A stretch of 46,021 nt of DNA from a virus (lineage: Duplodnaviria > Caudoviricetes), in the IMG/VR virus record IMGVR_UViG_3300010366_000004, positions 1 to 46,021 of that record, one strand, 5' to 3'. The notes beneath the pieces were generated by a model that was not told the origin of the DNA, searched no databases, and worked only from the letters and a program-made list of their open reading frames with translations. A program made the position numbers and the translations under genes. Below are positions 44,170 to 46,021 of this stretch, piece by piece (position 1 is the first letter of the stretch; the number at the start of each line of letters is the position of its first letter).

Positions 44170-44241
44170 GGTGATTCTCCTTTGTGGTGTCGGAATGGCA
44201 CCGCGCCCTGCCTGGCTGATCATGTCCAGGCAGACACGCTG
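44170..44241 (-). repeat. Cassette repeat R6
   Basis: CAGCGTGTCTGCCTGG-ACATGATCAG-CCAGGCAGGGCGCGGTGCCATTCCGACACCACAAAGGAGAATCACC. Confidence 0.88.
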
Positions 44242-44623
44242 ACATCCCGAGAATCTGTCTCGATTGGGAGGCTATTTCTCATCCTCCACGATCAATCCCT
44301 AACCGGTTTGGCGCCGTCCTACTGCTCTGGCGTTGACTTCGGGATCACCTTTGTCTCGGGATTCTCACCCTGATCAGCAAGGCTATGTGTGGCGCTCGTA
44401 GCGACCTGCCCTGACTGCCTCATCCGTTGTGCTGGACACCACAATAACCGATCACCAAAGAGAAGCAAGGCAGTTTCTCTTGAAAACGCGGGATTTCTTT
44501 TAAACGCCCTGGTCAACGGCCTAAGAAAGTTTCCCCGGATCTCGCTGTCCCGGTATCGTTAGCCTTGCTTACGTTTACCAGGTAGCGACCAGGTCGACCG
44601 ACGGACGGACGTCGGCAGGCAGC

Positions 44624-44706
44624 CAGCGAGTGACAGCGAGGCGGACAGCGAGGCAGCCAGCGAGTCAGCCAGCGAGACAGCGAGGGGCGGACAGCGAGGC
44701 AGCGGG
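44624..44706 (+). repeat. Seven CAGCGAG heptamers plus one degenerate copy
   Basis: Copies at 44624, 44634, 44646, 44658, 44670, 44678, 44692 and CAGCGGG at 44700. Confidence 0.85.
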
Positions 44707-45205
44707 GAACGGTGAACGGGTAGAGCGCGGCCACGACCAGGCAACCGTGACATCGCGCGCTGTCATGATTCGGCCGATCACCACTCAGTGTGGCTGCCAC
44801 CACCCACCCATGACACCCTTACAATGTTTTCATGTATTACCATGGTCATCAGTCATACGTGGAGTGCGGATAACCATAGTTATCGGTAACACCAACCGCG
44901 TTCTACCTGGTATCAGAGCACTCAGGACACATCGCAAAACGACATGACCGGGGCATGTGCCGCCGCCGCCCGACGAGAAAAGTACTTATCTCCTCCCCCT
45001 CATAGTGGTAACCGCAGGTGGGGTGCGTGATGTGAGGTATCTGACGATATGTACCCCGCCCGTGTTCTGCGTTTTGGCCGAATGGCCGCTGAGCTGGGCG
45101 ACTACAGACGCGTACAGCAGAACCCTCTCCACAGGACCCCTATAGAAAGCGTGTTCTGACCCCCTTCGTTGACAGGGCCTGTTTTCTCCGGTGCAGTTCT
45201 GGTAA

Positions 45206-46021
45206 ATGCCGGCCCCGATCACTCCTCGGCAGTGGGAAATCTACGAGCAGCGCCGCAATCGTGGCTGGTCGGTGGCTCAGGCCTGCCGCGAGGCCAAGAT
45301 CGACCCGTCCACCGCCCACCGGAGGGAGCGCAATAACGAGGGGCTGAACCGCAGGGAGCGCAAATGGCTGGATCCGAGGCTCAAGGCGTCGGATCCGCTG
45401 GCCTACAACTCCCTGAGCACCAAGGCCCGCCGGGCCCTGATCGACTTCGCCTACTTCCAGCGCCGGTACTTCGGCCGGGTCGCTACCCCGTGGCAGGTGG
45501 AGGCCGCTGAGATCGTGCTCCAGCTCCTGGCCACCGAGCAGAAGGAGTTCGTGGTCATGAACGCCCCGCCCGGGGTGGGGAAGTCCACGCTCTTTACTCT
45601 GGATCTGTGCGCCTGGCTCACGTGTCGGAACCGACAGATACGGGGTCTCATTGGCTCCAAAACCCAGACCTCCGCTGTCCGTTACGTGCAGAGGCTCAAA
45701 CGGCATCTGGAGATGGGTGTCCCCATCAAGGGCGAGGGTCAGGAGGTGGACCTGGGATTGGCGCTCGACGCCGAGGCCACCCTCGCTGACGATTTCGGGG
45801 CGTTCCGGCCCGCGTATAAGGACCAATGGGCCGGCGAGGCATTTGTGGTCGCTCAGCCCGGTGGGGCCATGGTGGCCGAGAAGGAGCCGACCTGGAGTGC
45901 CTACGGGATGGACTCCGGTTTCCTCGGGATGCGTTACGACATCATCATCTGGGACGACCTGGTGGACCAGCGGGTGCTGCGAACTATCGAGTCACGAGAG
46001 AACCAGCAGCTGTGGTGGGAC
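45206..46021 (+). CDS. terL: Terminase large subunit, N-terminal part with fused HTH
   Basis: Hand translation: RGWSVAQACREAKIDPSTAHRRE (HTH), TPWQ (Q motif), NAPPGVGKST (Walker A); runs into the 1-1230 frame. Confidence 0.88.
   Translation, partial: MPAPITPRQWEIYEQRRNRGWSVAQACREAKIDPSTAHRRERNNEGLNRRERKWLDPRLKASDPLAYNSLSTKARRALIDFAYFQRRYFGRVATPWQVEAAEIVLQLLATEQKEFVVMNAPPGVGKSTLFTLDLCAWLTCRNRQIRGLIGSKTQTSAVRYVQRLKRHLEMGVPIKGEGQEVDLGLALDAEATLADDFGAFRPAYKDQWAGEAFVVAQPGGAMVAEKEPTWSAYGMDSGFLGMRYDIIIWDDLVDQRVLRTIESRENQQLWWD
45899..46021. repeat. Direct terminal repeat (copy 2)
   Basis: Identical to positions 1-123. Confidence 0.95.

Noticed and set aside
41113-44241. CRISPR array or integron attC array interpretation of the six repeats
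   Set aside because: Intervals are 270-1000 nt and hold whole genes; no cas genes; no conserved RYYYAAC/GTTRRRY ends; the integrase looks like a phage integrase with an arm-binding domain
41113-44241. Self-cleaving ribozyme (hammerhead/HDV-like) in the repeats
   Set aside because: No conserved CUGAnGA/GAAA core or nested pseudoknot visible
44269-44295. Early promoter TTGATC-N15-TAGCCT on the minus strand
   Set aside because: Plausible position but the spacer is short; not supported enough to list
44319-45222. Short ORFs in the pre-terminase region
   Set aside because: No RBS or codon bias; several merely translate the heptamer repeats
45899-46021. Biological terminal repeat
   Set aside because: Falls in the middle of terL; better explained as a circular assembly overlap

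Overview
The window is an apparently complete, circularly permuted genome (45,898 bp unique plus a 123-bp end overlap) of a high-GC temperate podovirus-like phage. The host is probably actinobacterial; endolysin C-terminal GYWxxxxDGxxxxFG repeats point to Acidimicrobiia. The + strand (45206 through the junction to 25175) carries the late module: HTH-fused large terminase, portal, four large internal/ejection proteins (one SLT+NlpC/P60), scaffold, major capsid, adaptor/nozzle, fibre, amidase endolysin and extra fibre genes. There is no tape measure, tail tube or sheath. The - strand (34391 to 25084) carries excisionase, Holliday-junction resolvase, PD-(D/E)XK exonuclease, SSB, primase-helicase, an MT-A70 methyltransferase and many small genes. 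A tyrosine integrase with a candidate attP follows, then small regulators, a ParB-like protein and an early region containing ArdC. The most notable signal is a candidate RNA-based regulatory system with three parts. (i) Six covarying double-hairpin repeats punctuate the early genes like cassettes. (ii) A 13-nt extended ribosome-binding motif, AAGGAGAATCACC, precedes about ten early/regulatory genes including the integrase. (iii) An intergenic hairpin at 33710-33780, on the transcribed strand of the xis/replication operon, displays the exact antisense of that motif in its loop. All calls are from reading the sequence only; no searches or folding programs were run.
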